Below, one piece after another: positions 28,180 through 39,840 of a stretch of DNA of 64,000 bases; position 1 is the stretch's first letter; each line of letters begins with the position of its first letter. The stretch is taken from assembly GCA_963809895.1 (NCBI GenBank), contig CAWELD010000003.1, forward strand, positions 3,072,001 to 3,136,000. Direction: 5' to 3'. A program made the translations under genes and the position numbers. The stretch is from an uncultured Gemmatimonadales bacterium (GTDB lineage Bacteria > Gemmatimonadota > Gemmatimonadetes > Longimicrobiales > Gaopeijiaceae). The notes under the pieces were generated by a model that had not been told where the DNA came from, did no database searches, and worked only from the letters and a program-made list of their open reading frames with translations.

Positions 28180-29371
28180 CCTCCTCTCCGACGCCTCCGG
28201 GCGGATCCACCCGCAGAAAGAACCCTCCGCTCGCGTACACGCCGCCCACCACCCTGATCAGGACGTGGTTCTCCCCGGCTGTCAGGGGAATCGACGCGGT
28301 GGCGCCGGCGTGCTCCGGGTTCTCCCCGACGTCCCACCATGCCGCGTCCTCGCCGCCCACGAACCCCAGGAAGTCGCCGTTCACCCACAGCGCCAGGTCG
28401 TCCACGGTGCTGATGGCCAGGTGACCGGTGCCGTCGACAGGCGAGTCCACGACGCCGTGGAAATAGGCGACCCGACGAGAGTCCCGCTGCTCGGTGATCC
28501 GGGCCGTCACCACGGCACCCCGTGGATCGGTCGCGAAGGGCCGCCATCGCATGGTGCGCCCGTCGTCCTCCACCGTCAGCTCCGGATCGAAGGGCTCGGT
28601 CTCAGCCTCCCGCACCATGGTGGTGAGCGGGCCCAGAACCTCCCAGCGCGTCACCAGCCGCTCCGGCGCGTACGCCACCGATGGGAGGGGAGGACCGTCG
28701 TACCCGAACCCGTCGATGGCACGCACGACCACGTCATCGATCCATACCGCGCCCCCTGGGCTCCGAGGCTCGAAGCCGAACGCCCCAGGGCCCTGGGGAG
28801 CCCCGAAAGGAAGAGTGAACCGGGGCATGGTCAGGTCCCCCACGTAGAGATGAGCCTCGCCGCCCACCACCTCCAGGGCGAAGGGGATCCAGCGACCGAT
28901 CTCGATCTGTGCCGAGCCGTCGAGGGGCGTGCGCCGCTCCTCGTACAGGGTACGTCCCACGTTGGTGTCGTAATGGGGATTCGCCCGCACGTAGCTCCCG
29001 TTGCCCTTGATGTAGAGGCCGCCGAAGTCGGAACGCCGGCCATCATCCTGATAGCGGTAGATGAAGCACAGGTAGTTGTTGACGTCCTCAGGAAAGAAGA
29101 CGCGCCCCTCGACGCGCACGTCGCCCCATTGGTCCGACCCTTCCATGAGCGCGTATACGGGTAGCGTCTGCATCTGGAGGGCCAGGGCACGGCCGTGTGT
29201 GGGATCCCCCGTCTCCACGACCTCCTGGCCCTGCCCGAGCGGGAAGCGCCAGTGACCCAGACCACTCTCGAAGTCGTCGGCGAACAACACCTGCGCGGCT
29301 CCGACCGAGGGCCAGGCCGACAGGAGCCCGACCAGGGCTCCGATCAGTCCATGGCATCGCAACGTCCGCAC
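28100..29371 (-). CDS. Secreted hypothetical protein (ConA-like/DUF1080-like domain plus beta-sandwich)
   Basis: Signal peptide, LFADDFESG, STVDDLALWVNG and LTAGENHVLIRV; 3' end overlaps the convergent gene by 80 bp. Confidence 0.7.
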   Translation of the reverse strand: MRTLRCHGLIGALVGLLSAWPSVGAAQVLFADDFESGLGHWRFPLGQGQEVVETGDPTHGRALALQMQTLPVYALMEGSDQWGDVRVEGRVFFPEDVNNYLCFIYRYQDDGRRSDFGGLYIKGNGSYVRANPHYDTNVGRTLYEERRTPLDGSAQIEIGRWIPFALEVVGGEAHLYVGDLTMPRFTLPFGAPQGPGAFGFEPRSPGGAVWIDDVVVRAIDGFGYDGPPLPSVAYAPERLVTRWEVLGPLTTMVREAETEPFDPELTVEDDGRTMRWRPFATDPRGAVVTARITEQRDSRRVAYFHGVVDSPVDGTGHLAISTVDDLALWVNGDFLGFVGGEDAAWWDVGENPEHAGATASIPLTAGENHVLIRVVGGVYASGGFFLRVDPPGGVGEEATRTPPRSGSSARPPAGAARTPPGGR

Positions 29372-29547
29372 CGTTCCCCTCCCTGTCTCCCGTCACGTTC
29401 CTTCGGGGCCCGGCGGGCTCCCGACCGATGAAGACCCAGTGTGGGGCAGAGACGGTCACTCCGGAGGCGCGAGCTCGGCGGATCGTGGAGAAGGGCCGGT
29501 GGGCGGTGGAGCGGCAGCGGCGAAAGAGGTGCGCGGGCGGCGAGCGG

Positions 29548-32243
29548 CTAGAAGTACACGGTCACATCCACGACCATGCCGGAGAACCGGCTCTCCATGG
29601 CGCTCACCTGGCCGGCCGCGCCGCTGGCGGGTCCCGCTCCACCCGACAGGAAGAACTTGTAGCTGCTCCCGTCGCTGCCGATGCTCACCCCGCAGTTCTC
29701 GCTCGGGGGTGGGAAGGGCGTCGAGAAGTTCCTGGTGATGTCGGTCCCCCAGTAGGCCGTGTCGTTGAAGCTGTGAGCGTGCATGGCATAGGTGGTCGCC
29801 CCTTCCTGCAGCGGGAACTCGATGTAGGCCGCGATGCAGACCCGGGGATTGCCGAACTCGTCGGTGTAGAACTCCTGGTGGTAATCCCAGTTGCCCGAGA
29901 TCATCCGGGGCTGCGGGGGCTCGACGATCACGGTGGCCATGGCGGTGCCCAGTGAGGTCGTGCCGTCGTCGCCGAACACCTCGACGGTGATGTTGTCCGT
30001 GCCCTCGTCGGCGACGTTCGCCGTGTAGGTCACCGTGCTCAGGCCGCTGAGGCTCCCCGCCGCCGGGAAGATCGATCCGTGCTCGCCGCTGGTGCCGTAG
30101 GAATAGAAGGCTCCGTTCTCCGGGGTCGGGTCGATGGTCACCTGGAAGTCGACGGCTTCACCCCCACGCACGATCTGCTCAGTCGGGACGAAGCCGATCT
30201 CGTATTGCACCTCCTTCACATCGACGGTAGCCGCGTTGGACGTGCCGAGCACCGGCCGGTCGCCGGCCCCCAGGATCGCCGATACGGTGACCGTCACCTG
30301 ATCGGTACCCGTGGTCCCGTCGTTCGCGATGTACCACACCTGCGGCTGCGTGCTCATGACCTCTTTGCCCGTCTCGCCAGCCATGGTCCGAAGGACCCCG
30401 TGGGCCCCCGTCGTCACCCATTTGTACTCGAATCCGGTCACACCGGTGGGCGGATCCTGCAGCGCCACCGCGAGCTGCAGCGAGTCGTCGAGCTCCACGT
30501 CGCTGGACGCCGGGGTGAGGTTCACGGTCCACGGCGCCACGGTCACGTCGAACACCTCGACCTGGTTCGAGCTCAGGATGTCGATGGCCTGCCGCGCCCA
30601 ATCCTGGGCCTGCAGGAAGAGGTCGAACTTTCCCAGCACCTCGCCGACCACCTTGCTACCTTCCTCGAACGCCTGGTATCCCGACAGATCGTCGGGTCCG
30701 ACGAGGAATGCCACCGTGGCGAAGAACTCCATGACGGTGGACTGGAAGAGACCGTTACCGTCCTTGATGAGTGCTTCGTCGAGCTCGTAGAGCGCTCCGC
30801 GCATCTCTCCCTTGCTCGCCGCCTCCACGGCCTTGGGCGCAGCACTGGTGATGGCGTTGATGATCGAGGTCAACTGGCTCGCGCCATCGGTACGTTCCAG
30901 GAACGCGTTGATCTTCTCCTTGTTCATGGGAATGATCGCGCTGGTCATGAGCGGCACGAAGAAGTCCAGGACCATGGACTTCAGCACCAGCGACCGCAGC
31001 TCGGTCTGACGTGCTTCGCTCAGGTCGCCGCTCTCCGGGACGTAGATCCCGGGTCCGACGACCGTGACCTCGTATTTCGTCTCGGTAGCGTCGACCGGCA
31101 CCAGTGGCACTCCGATGGGCTTCGAATTGACCTGCGTGTACACGCCCGCGTCCTTGCCGAGCAGCCACGCGACACCGACATCGGTGATCGCGCCGAAGAC
31201 CGAGGTGACGCCACGGGTCGGAGAGATGTCGACCTTCGCGACCTGGCCGCCGTCCGGCTCGGTCCGGTCGACGTAGGCGGTCGCGCGCCGCCGGAACTGG
31301 TTGCGCACGACCACATCGCTGAGACCGTCGGGATCCACCCGCAGCCCGCTCCGGGGACCCGGGTCGTTCACCCCCACCACGCGGTCCGGAGACGCATCGG
31401 GGTCGGCCGATGCCAGGAGCGCTGCGGCGATCTGCGAGCGAACAGCATCCAATGCCGGGGCGTCCACGTCGAGATGATGCGGCGCGGCCTTCAGCGTCGC
31501 GGCGACCGCGTCCTCGAGCGGCCCCAACGAAGCGTCCTCCGTCAATGCCCGCGCCATGGGACCGATCAGCTCCTGCTGGAGGAGGAAGCCACCGACATCG
31601 AAGAAGGCCATGACCTCGGCGGTCGAGCGCGCCGACAGGGTGTTCATGTCCACGTCCGGGTCCACGAAGCCGAACAGAACCGGGTGGCCGTCCGGATCGA
31701 GTACGATGGCCAGTTGAGGGCCGCCCTCGAAGGCAGGGATCACGAAGGGCGTCGGAGCGACGGGCGTCTCGTGGCCGAGGGCTGACCACACCACGAGCTG
31801 CGACGCATCGATCCCCGCGCCGCCGGGCAACTCGACGCCCACGGTGATGTCGGTGGCCTCGAGTCCGAGCTCGGGGTCCGGATCCGGGGGCACCGCAGGA
31901 AACACGGTCAGAGTGACGGCACCCGACTGCCCCTCGCTGGTGGCGGTGATCGTGGCAGAGCCCCGCGCCACCGCGGTCACCAGGCCCGATGCGTCGACGG
32001 CGGCCACGGTCTCGTCGCTGGTGCTCCAGGAGAGCGAGCGCCCAGTAAGGACCGTGCCGTCGGCGGCCCGCAGGGTGGCCTCGAGCTGCTCGGTGGCCGG
32101 TACGGTGAGGGGAGCGGTCGACGGGGCCTCGACCGTCACGGTGGCCACCGGCTTGGTCTCGGGCATCGCCGGAGTGGTGGGATCCTTGTCCCCCCGCAGG
32201 CGACGACGAGGAGAAGCAGCGTGACCGCAAGACGTCGAGACAT
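29548..32243 (-). CDS. Large surface lipoprotein with bacterial Ig-like (Big_2) domain; frameshift in G6 run at 32190-32195
   Basis: AGGAGG RBS, MSRRLAVTLLLLVVA/CGG lipobox, then WSTSDETVAAVDASGLVTAV...ATITATSEG in another frame. Confidence 0.75.
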
Positions 32244-32431
32244 GGTGGCCCTCCTGGAGCGCGTCTATTCTCTCACGCGCAAACCGCGGTCGGGAGGGAT
32301 CACGGGGCTCGAAACGCTCTCGGGCGTCGGCGCACCTTCGCGACTTCCGTTATGTCTCAACGGGGCGTCGGCACCAACGATCGTCGCTCGCAACCGTGAA
32401 GACCCGGGACTCTGGAACTGGAGCGTGGACG

Positions 32432-33412
32432 ATGACGAAAGACCAACGAAACGCACCGGAGCTCTTCGATGCCGGCGACATCGACACAGCATCGGAGAAG
32501 CAGTTCGTTGAGCGGCTGGAGGGGGCGATCGTAGCAGCCCCTCGCCGAGGGCGGCCGGCACTGCTCCGGAAGCATCTCCTCCCGGAGCACTCGGAGTCGG
32601 GCCAGAAGGCCTTGGCACGTTATTCGACCTACGTCGAGCGAAACGCGGAGGTGAGCTGCGATCCCGAGAACCTCTTCACAGCCGACGACTGCCCGACGCT
32701 TCCGCCCCTCGATGCCATCGGGCAACGCTTCGTGCCCCCGTTCGCGGCTGGGCGCATGCTCTATCGCCGGGTCGACGGCAGCGGAACGATCTTCTCGAAG
32801 GCGATCGTCACCGAGGCCTCGGCCTGCATCGACGCCATGTCGCCGAGCGGGGAGGAGCGTGCGGTCGCCGGTTTCGGCATCCCCTTCCTCCCTCGTTTCA
32901 GGACACTACCCAACCACCGTCTGCGGATAACCGCCCATCTCCACGGCTTCTGGGAATGGGACAACTTCTGGAGCGGCGACGGCCCGGTACGTCGGTGCGG
33001 ATTCAAGAACCGCGGAGTGGTGAAGCTGATCGTGCCAGGTGTGGCAGGCGCACTGCGCGAGTGGGTCCTCTTCGATTCGGAGTGCGAGGGATCGCGGCAG
33101 GGAGCCCTGCCCGCGGCGCTGGATCTCGAACTCCCGGCGAGCCTGCCTGCGCGCGTGTACGTGGCCTGGCTCCTGATCGAGGCGCGCATCGAGCCCCCGA
33201 AGAGCGGATTCCTCCTCTGCCTCGACGCGCTCGCCGACGACAACCGGCCCCCGGGGGTGGCGCCCGAGGAGTGCGACGACGTGGCGCAGGCGAGCTCGGG
33301 AATCACCATGGCCGCGTGCGCCGTCGACTTCGTGTATCGGGAGCGGACCATCCAGGACATCGACCGGGATCGCCTCGCCCAGGAGCTGAAGGACCGGGTT
33401 CGCCGGCTGTGA
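32432..33412 (+). CDS. Hypothetical protein
   Basis: Long ORF with protein-like composition; GGAG upstream; no family recognised. Confidence 0.55.
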   Translation: MTKDQRNAPELFDAGDIDTASEKQFVERLEGAIVAAPRRGRPALLRKHLLPEHSESGQKALARYSTYVERNAEVSCDPENLFTADDCPTLPPLDAIGQRFVPPFAAGRMLYRRVDGSGTIFSKAIVTEASACIDAMSPSGEERAVAGFGIPFLPRFRTLPNHRLRITAHLHGFWEWDNFWSGDGPVRRCGFKNRGVVKLIVPGVAGALREWVLFDSECEGSRQGALPAALDLELPASLPARVYVAWLLIEARIEPPKSGFLLCLDALADDNRPPGVAPEECDDVAQASSGITMAACAVDFVYRERTIQDIDRDRLAQELKDRVRRL

Positions 33413-33430
33413 GGGGATCCCCGCCCTGCC

Positions 33431-34820
33431 TCAGAAGCGGATCACCCCCAGCCCGTCTTCGTAGTCGATCTCCGTCCCGAAGGGCGCGGACAGCTCCTGC
33501 AACCGCGTGATGATGTCCCGGGCCCGCTCACCTTTCGCCGCCAGGGGCCGGCCCCGTTGTGGACGGGCCAGTCCGAATCCGAGCGTGATGGGATGCAGGT
33601 CGATTCGGGTCAGTCGGCCATCTTCGAAGCGCGGCGCCGCGACCACCGCTTCCCAATAGGTGGCCCTGGCCGGAAAGCTCCCGTTCGACTGCTCGATGCG
33701 GGCGTCGTAGAACTCGCCCGGGCAGCGCGTCGTCGCCCAGGCCCACGCTCTCGTAGTTCTCCCACGGCTGCAACTCGACGGTCTCGTTCTCCATGAGGAA
33801 GTCGCCCAACGAATAGAAGATGGGCCGCCCCTTGTAGATCTCCACGCCCCGCAGCACGTGCGGACCGTGCGCCACGAACACGTCTGCGCCGGCGTCGATG
33901 ACCGCATGGGCGAACTGGACCAGGAAGGCCTCGGTGTTCGCGCCTCCCTGGTGGGTGTGGCTCGAGACGATCACCCAGTTCGCCTGCCGCTTCGCGTCGC
34001 GCACCGAGGCCGTGATCGCGTCGACGTCCACCGAGTCCGCGCTGTAGTCCGTCGCGTACGAATCCCCACGGAAAATCGTCGCTCCGAAGAGTCTCATGCG
34101 GGCGCCGGCTTGCGCCGGAACCACTCCCCCCGAACCCCAGGTCGCGTCGCAGGTCGACCAGCTGCTGGAAGCGATCGTCGGGAACCGTATAGGTCGTGCG
34201 GACGTGGAGGGGACTCAGCCCGGCCGGCCGCGCATGTCCTTGCGTTGGGGCCCGGCGGGGTTGAAGTCCGCGAACGTCGACGCCACCGACACGAGGGCCA
34301 CCCGGCCGCCGGGCGTATCCAGGTAGTGCGGCGCCCTCGCCGCCGCCAGGTTCTCGCCGGTTCCCGCAGCGACGAGCCCCGCTTCTCGAAGCCACTTCAG
34401 GTTCGCCCGCAGCCCTCCGTAGCTGTAGTCGAGGGAGTGGTTGTTCGCGGTGCTCACCAGATCGATGCCCATCCAGGTCAGCTCCCGGGCGAGCTCCGGC
34501 TCCGCCCGCATGTACGTGCCGCCGCTCTGTGAGGCCGGGATCACCTCGGGCTCGTCGTAGTCGAGGAAGAGCATCTCGGCGTTGACGTACGCGGCGGTGG
34601 CGCCGCGCAGGACGTCGCGGATCTCCAGGAACTCCGGCTCCGAGTACACCGAGAGCTTGCGCGTGATGATCGCATCGCCCGCGAGCGCGAAGGTGATGTT
34701 GCCGAGGGCGTCCTGGTGGGGCTGGGCCTGCTGCTGAGCGGGGAGTGGAGCCGCCAGCACGGCCAGAACGGTCAGGGCGAGGCTGACAGCAGGGGATACG
34801 CGTGGGCTGGACGGTGACAT
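33431..34820 (-). CDS. CapA family (PGA_cap) metallophosphoesterase-like protein, three apparent frameshifts
   Basis: LAGDAII, STANNHSLDY, SSHTHQ, AHGPHVLRGVEIYKGRPIFYSLG found across frames; breaks near 34217, 34110 and 33720. Confidence 0.85.
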
Positions 34821-35037
34821 CGCAGCGCCTCCGGGGCGGAGTGGATCTGAGCCGAACAAGGGGTCGCGGGCGATCACGGCGCAAGGCGAGGTGCCGACAC
34901 GCCCGTGGACCGGAGGGACGCCGAGCGCCGCGTGGCGACGCCTGTAATCCCCCTGAGAGGTTTAGTCTCGATATTGCGGCGCGGATGTCCGCGCCGCTTC
35001 CGGCCCGGCGCCCGCGGCCTTCGCACCGAGGTGACGT

Positions 35038-36108
35038 ATGAAGACGGCTCGAATCCTCTTTCCGTCCCTGGTCCTGGGAGTGATCGCGTGCGGGTCCGGA
35101 AACCGCACGACGCCGGACGACGCCTCCTCCACGTCGGTACCGACCTACGGGCCCGTGGCGACCGTCGCGGTCGGCGGCGAAGGGGGCGGGTGGGACTACC
35201 TGTCGGAAGATCCGGCGGCGCGGCGCCTCTATGTGAGCAACGGAACCCGGGTGGTCGTCATCGACATGGACGCCGACTCCGTGGTGGGCGTCATCGACAA
35301 CCTGCCGGGCGTCCATGGCTTCGCCGTGGCTCCGGACCTCGGCCGTGGGTTCGCCAGCAATGGCCGCGAGAACACGGTGGCCGTGGTGGATCTGGCGACG
35401 CTTCAGATCCTGGCCCGGGTGCCGACCGGCGACAACCCGGACGGGATCCTCTTCGAGCCCGACTCACGCGAGGTCTACGCCTTCAACGGTCGCGGGCATT
35501 CGGCCACGGTCATCGACGCGGTGGCCGACACCGTCGTCGCCACCATCCCCCTGCCGGGCAAGCCCGAGTTCGCCGTCTACGACCCCACGGCCCGCCGCAT
35601 CTACAACAACATCGAGGACCAGAACGAGATCGTGGTCATCGATCCCTCGAGCCACGAGGTGGTCGCCACCTGGCCCATCGCGCCCGGTGAGGCGGCCTCC
35701 GGGCTGGCCATCGACGTCGCGCACCACAGGCTGTTCGCGGTCTGCGACAACGGCCTCATGGTGATGGTGGACAGCGAGACCGGAACCGTGGTGCACACGG
35801 TGGCCATCGGCGAGGGGCCCGACGCCGCGCGCTTCGATCCTGCGACCCAGCTCGCCTTCAGCTCCAACGGCGGCGACGGCACCGTCACCATCGCGCACGA
35901 GGACTCTCCCGACGAGTTGAGGGTGATCCAGACGCTGTCGACGGCGCGGTCCGCGCGGACGATGACGCTGGATCCGTCGACCCACCGTATCTACCTGTCC
36001 GCGGCCGACTTCGGCGAAGCGCCGCCTCCCGATTCCACCGGGAGGCGGCGGCGCGCACCCATGGTGCCCGGCTCGTTCAAAGTGCTGGTGTTCGGACCGG
36101 GCATGTAG
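35038..36108 (+). CDS. YncE/YVTN beta-propeller lipoprotein
   Basis: Lipobox VIA/C; GGWDYL, GVHGFA, GDNPDGI and ARTMTLD. Confidence 0.88.
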   Translation: MKTARILFPSLVLGVIACGSGNRTTPDDASSTSVPTYGPVATVAVGGEGGGWDYLSEDPAARRLYVSNGTRVVVIDMDADSVVGVIDNLPGVHGFAVAPDLGRGFASNGRENTVAVVDLATLQILARVPTGDNPDGILFEPDSREVYAFNGRGHSATVIDAVADTVVATIPLPGKPEFAVYDPTARRIYNNIEDQNEIVVIDPSSHEVVATWPIAPGEAASGLAIDVAHHRLFAVCDNGLMVMVDSETGTVVHTVAIGEGPDAARFDPATQLAFSSNGGDGTVTIAHEDSPDELRVIQTLSTARSARTMTLDPSTHRIYLSAADFGEAPPPDSTGRRRRAPMVPGSFKVLVFGPGM

Positions 36109-36178
36109 CCCCGGGAGGGGTCAGCCGTTCGGATCGACCCTCCGCCAGACGTCGTCGGCATGCCTGCGGACCATCCGG

Positions 36179-36658
36179 TCAATCCTGCTCCCACTGCCCC
36201 TGCTTCGCGTAGTCGATGAGGTAGGACGCTTCGTAGATCACCGGTGACGCCGACGCACCTTCGGGGATGTCGGTATCGCTGATCGCCCAGATCTCGTCGG
36301 TGTGTTCCTGGATCATGGAGAACCACGTCTCCCACACCTCCGGGTCCATGCGTTGGTACAGCGCCTGCTGGAAGTCGCCGAGCGCCGCCCAGTTCGGAGC
36401 GACGAAGTTGTAGCGCACGTTGTACTCGCCACCGGTGTCGTGCACCCAGAGATCGTAGGCTTGCAGGGTACCTTCGGCCACGAGCGAATCCAGGACCGGC
36501 ACCTCGTGCTGCCGGTAGTCCGCGATCCACGCCGGGATGTCGGGAAAGTCGATCTGGAAGTACATGGCGTAGACGCGGGGGCCGTCAGTCTGGGCCGCGG
36601 CCGGACTCGGCGCGAGAAGCAGAGCAGCGGCCACCAACAGCAGAGCGAGACGTCGCAT
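36179..36658 (-). CDS. Secreted hypothetical protein (dimeric alpha/beta barrel-like)
   Basis: GGAG RBS, signal peptide MRRLALL...AAA/Q; WVHDTGGEYN and HTDEIW. Confidence 0.65.
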   Translation of the reverse strand: MRRLALLLVAAALLLAPSPAAAQTDGPRVYAMYFQIDFPDIPAWIADYRQHEVPVLDSLVAEGTLQAYDLWVHDTGGEYNVRYNFVAPNWAALGDFQQALYQRMDPEVWETWFSMIQEHTDEIWAISDTDIPEGASASPVIYEASYLIDYAKQGQWEQD

Positions 36659-36779
36659 GGAGGATCTCCGGGTCAGGGGGGATGGCGACCCTGCCACGCT
36701 CGCACCGGATCGCCCCCCGAGCCCTATCCCCTCGTCTCGACTTCTTGTCTGAGCGTCCCGGAATACCGACCGGGCGGCC

Positions 36780-39700
36780 CTACTCCGCCGAATTGCGCTT
36801 CAGCACGAAGTACAGCGTCGGCGTGGCCAGAAGTGACAGCAGCACGGAGATCGCCAGGGCGCCGATGACGGCGATGGCCAGGGGCCTCAGCATGTCGGCG
36901 CCCGAGCCCACGCCCCATGCCAGGGGGAGCATACCCAGGGCGGCGGCCAGCGAGGTCATGAGCACCGGACGCAGGCGGCGCCGGCCCGACCGGACGAGGG
37001 CCTCCTCGAGGCTCAAGACCCTCCGCCCGTAGATGCTTGACGAAGTCGAGGACCAGGATCCCGTTCTTGGCCACGATACCGATGCCGATGATGGCGCCCA
37101 GGAACGACACCACGTTGAACGAGGTTCCGGTGAGCCACAGCGCCAGCACCGTGCCGAACAACGCCAGCACGGCGCCGAAGACGATGGCGACGGGCTCGTA
37201 GAAGGAGCCGAACTCCAGCATGAGCACGGTGAACACCAGGGTCACAGCCATGAGGAGCACGAAGACCAGGTTCAGGAAGGACTCGCGCTGCTGCTGATAG
37301 AGCCCTCCGTACTCGACGGCACGTGGCGGGAGTGACGCGTCCGAGCCGAGGACCTGTCGGATCTCCGCCATGGTGCTTCCCAGGTCTCGCCCCTCGAGCC
37401 TCGCGGTGACCGCGATGTCCTGGCGGCCGTCTTCCCGCCGGAGCTCCAACTGCCCGGGCTCCTGCACCACATCGACGACCTGGGACAGCTTCACGAGGGC
37501 CCCCGAGGGCGTGCGCACCGGGAGATCCTCGACATCGGCCATCTTCTCGAGGCGCGTGGAGTCGACCTTGACCCTCACGTCGACCACGCGGTCCCCCTCC
37601 AGCACCGACGAGGCCGTCTGTCCCAGCATGGCGGTGTTCGCCGCGTTGGCGACGTCATCGGCCGTGAGGCCGAACCGGCGCGCGTCGGCGGGACGCGTAT
37701 GGAGGCTGATGGTGGGCCCGGTGTAGGTCAGGCCGTCGAAGACGTCGACCACACCGGGCACCTGCTCGAGCTTCGCGGCGACCTCGGGCCCGTGCTGCTC
37801 CAGCCACGTCTGGTCCGTGGAGTAGAGCTTCACTTCGATGGGGCTCGGGGCCCACATGAGATCCCCGATGAGATCCGAGAGGATCCCGGGGAACTCCCAG
37901 CTCACCCCGGGAATCTCGGTGTTGAACCGGCTCCGCAACTCGGAGATGACGTCGTCCGTGGAGCGCTTTCGGTTGGTGCGGAGCTTGACCAGGAAGTCGC
38001 CGGTGTTCGGTTCGGCGATGGCCAGCGCCAGCCGCGCCCCCGTGCGGCGGGAGTAGCTCTCCACCTCGGGGATGGTCCCCAGGATGTTCTCCGCCAGGAG
38101 AAGCTGACGATTGGTCTCGGCGAGGCTCGTACCCGGCTGGGTGAAGTAGTCGATGACGAACCCGCCCTCGTCCATGGGCGGCAGGAACTCGCTGTCCAGC
38201 TGGCGATAGACCCCGATGCCCAGCACAAGCACCAGCCCGCAGGCTCCCAGCGTCAGCCCGGGATGGTGCAGCGCCGGCCGCAGCGCGCGCTCGTACACCT
38301 CGATGACGCGGCTCAGCACCGGCCCCGCCTGATCGTGGATCGAGCCCGTCTCCATCTCCTCACCCCGGCTGACGAACCAGCCGGCAAGCGACGGCGTCAG
38401 CGTCGCCGCCAGGACCAGCGAGGTGAGGAGGGACACCACCATGGTCAGGGCCAGGGCCCGGAAGAAGACACCCGTGATCCCGTCGAGAAACGCCAGCGGG
38501 AGGAACACCACCACCGGCGTGAGCGTGGAGCCCACCAGGGGCCGGAAGATCTCGGTGATGCCCGCCTCCACCGCTTCGGCCCGCGTGCGCCCTTCCATGA
38601 GCCGTGTGTGGATCGCCTCCACCACGACGATGGCGTCGTCGATGACGAGCCCCACCGCCGCCGCGATCCCCCCCAAGGTCATGAGGTTGAAGGTCAGGCC
38701 CGTGAGCCGCATGGACACCAGCGTGATGAGGATCGTCACCGGAATGACCGCGGTGGCCACCAGCGTCGTCCCCCAGCTCTTCAGGAAGAGGAAGAGGATG
38801 ACCACCGACAGGACCAGGCCGAAGAGGATGGCCTCCCACACGCTGTGCACGGACGAACGCACGATCTCCGACTGATCGTAGAAGAACGCCAGCTTCATGT
38901 CGGGAGGGAGCTCGGCGCGCAGCTGGGTGATCTGGCCGCGCAGCGCGTCGGCGATGTTCAGGGTGCTGCCGTCGGGCTGGCTGCGGACGTTCAGCAGGAC
39001 CGCCGAGTGTCCGTCGGCGGTGACCACGTTGAAGACGGGCTCGGGACCGCGCTGCACCCGGGCGAAGTCCCTGATGCGGACCGGTCGCTCGCCCGGCGCC
39101 GTCACCACGAAGTTCTCCAGGTCCTCGATGCCGTGGACACGACCGTCCACCACCGTCAGGTAGAGGGTGTGGTTCTCTTCGTGCATCCCCGCGGGCGCCA
39201 CCAGGTTGTTGCTGTTCAGGGCATCGGTGACGTCGTCGAGGCTCAGGTGCGCGTTCTGCAGGAGGAGTGGATCCACCACCACCTGGTACTCCGGCGCCTT
39301 CCCGCCCACGAGATCGACGCGGGCCACACCGGGAATCTGGAGGAAGCGGGGCTTCAGGTCGTAGCGCGCTTCCTCCCAGAGCTTCGTGATGTCCCGGGTG
39401 TCGCTGGTGAGGCTCACCCCCACGATGGGGAAGGCGGCGAAGGTCAGCCGATGAACCGTGGCCACCGCCGTGGAGGGAAGGGTGCTCCGGATCTGGGCCA
39501 GCCGGCTCAGCACGTAGAGCTCCGACCGGACCATGTCCACCTTCCAGTTGAAGAAGACGTTGATCTCGGCCGAGCCCCGTCCGGTGGCGGACTTCACCGT
39601 CACCGTGCCCGGGATGTCCTTCATCGCCTCCTCGATGGGGCGCGTGATGCGCGCCATCATCTCGTCTCCGGGCATGACCCCGTTGTCCACCAGAACGACC

Positions 39701-39840
39701 ACACGCGGGAAGTCGGTCTTCGGGAAGACCGACGATGAGATGCTGGTCGCGGCGTACACGCCCGCCAGGCACAACGCGATGCTGATGAACACGATGGACA
39801 TCGCCTGCCGGGTGGCGAACTTGCCGATCACGTCAGCCAC
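36780..39840 (-). CDS. RND efflux permease (AcrB/CusA family); frameshift near 37015
   Basis: GLVIDDAIVVVE, GIVAKNGIL; true C-terminus RLRPVLMT...LGMLPLA in ORF 36780-37016. Confidence 0.92.

Noticed and set aside
33431..34820. Poly-gamma-glutamate capsule locus
   Set aside because: No capB/capC neighbours; stand-alone CapA-family genes are common
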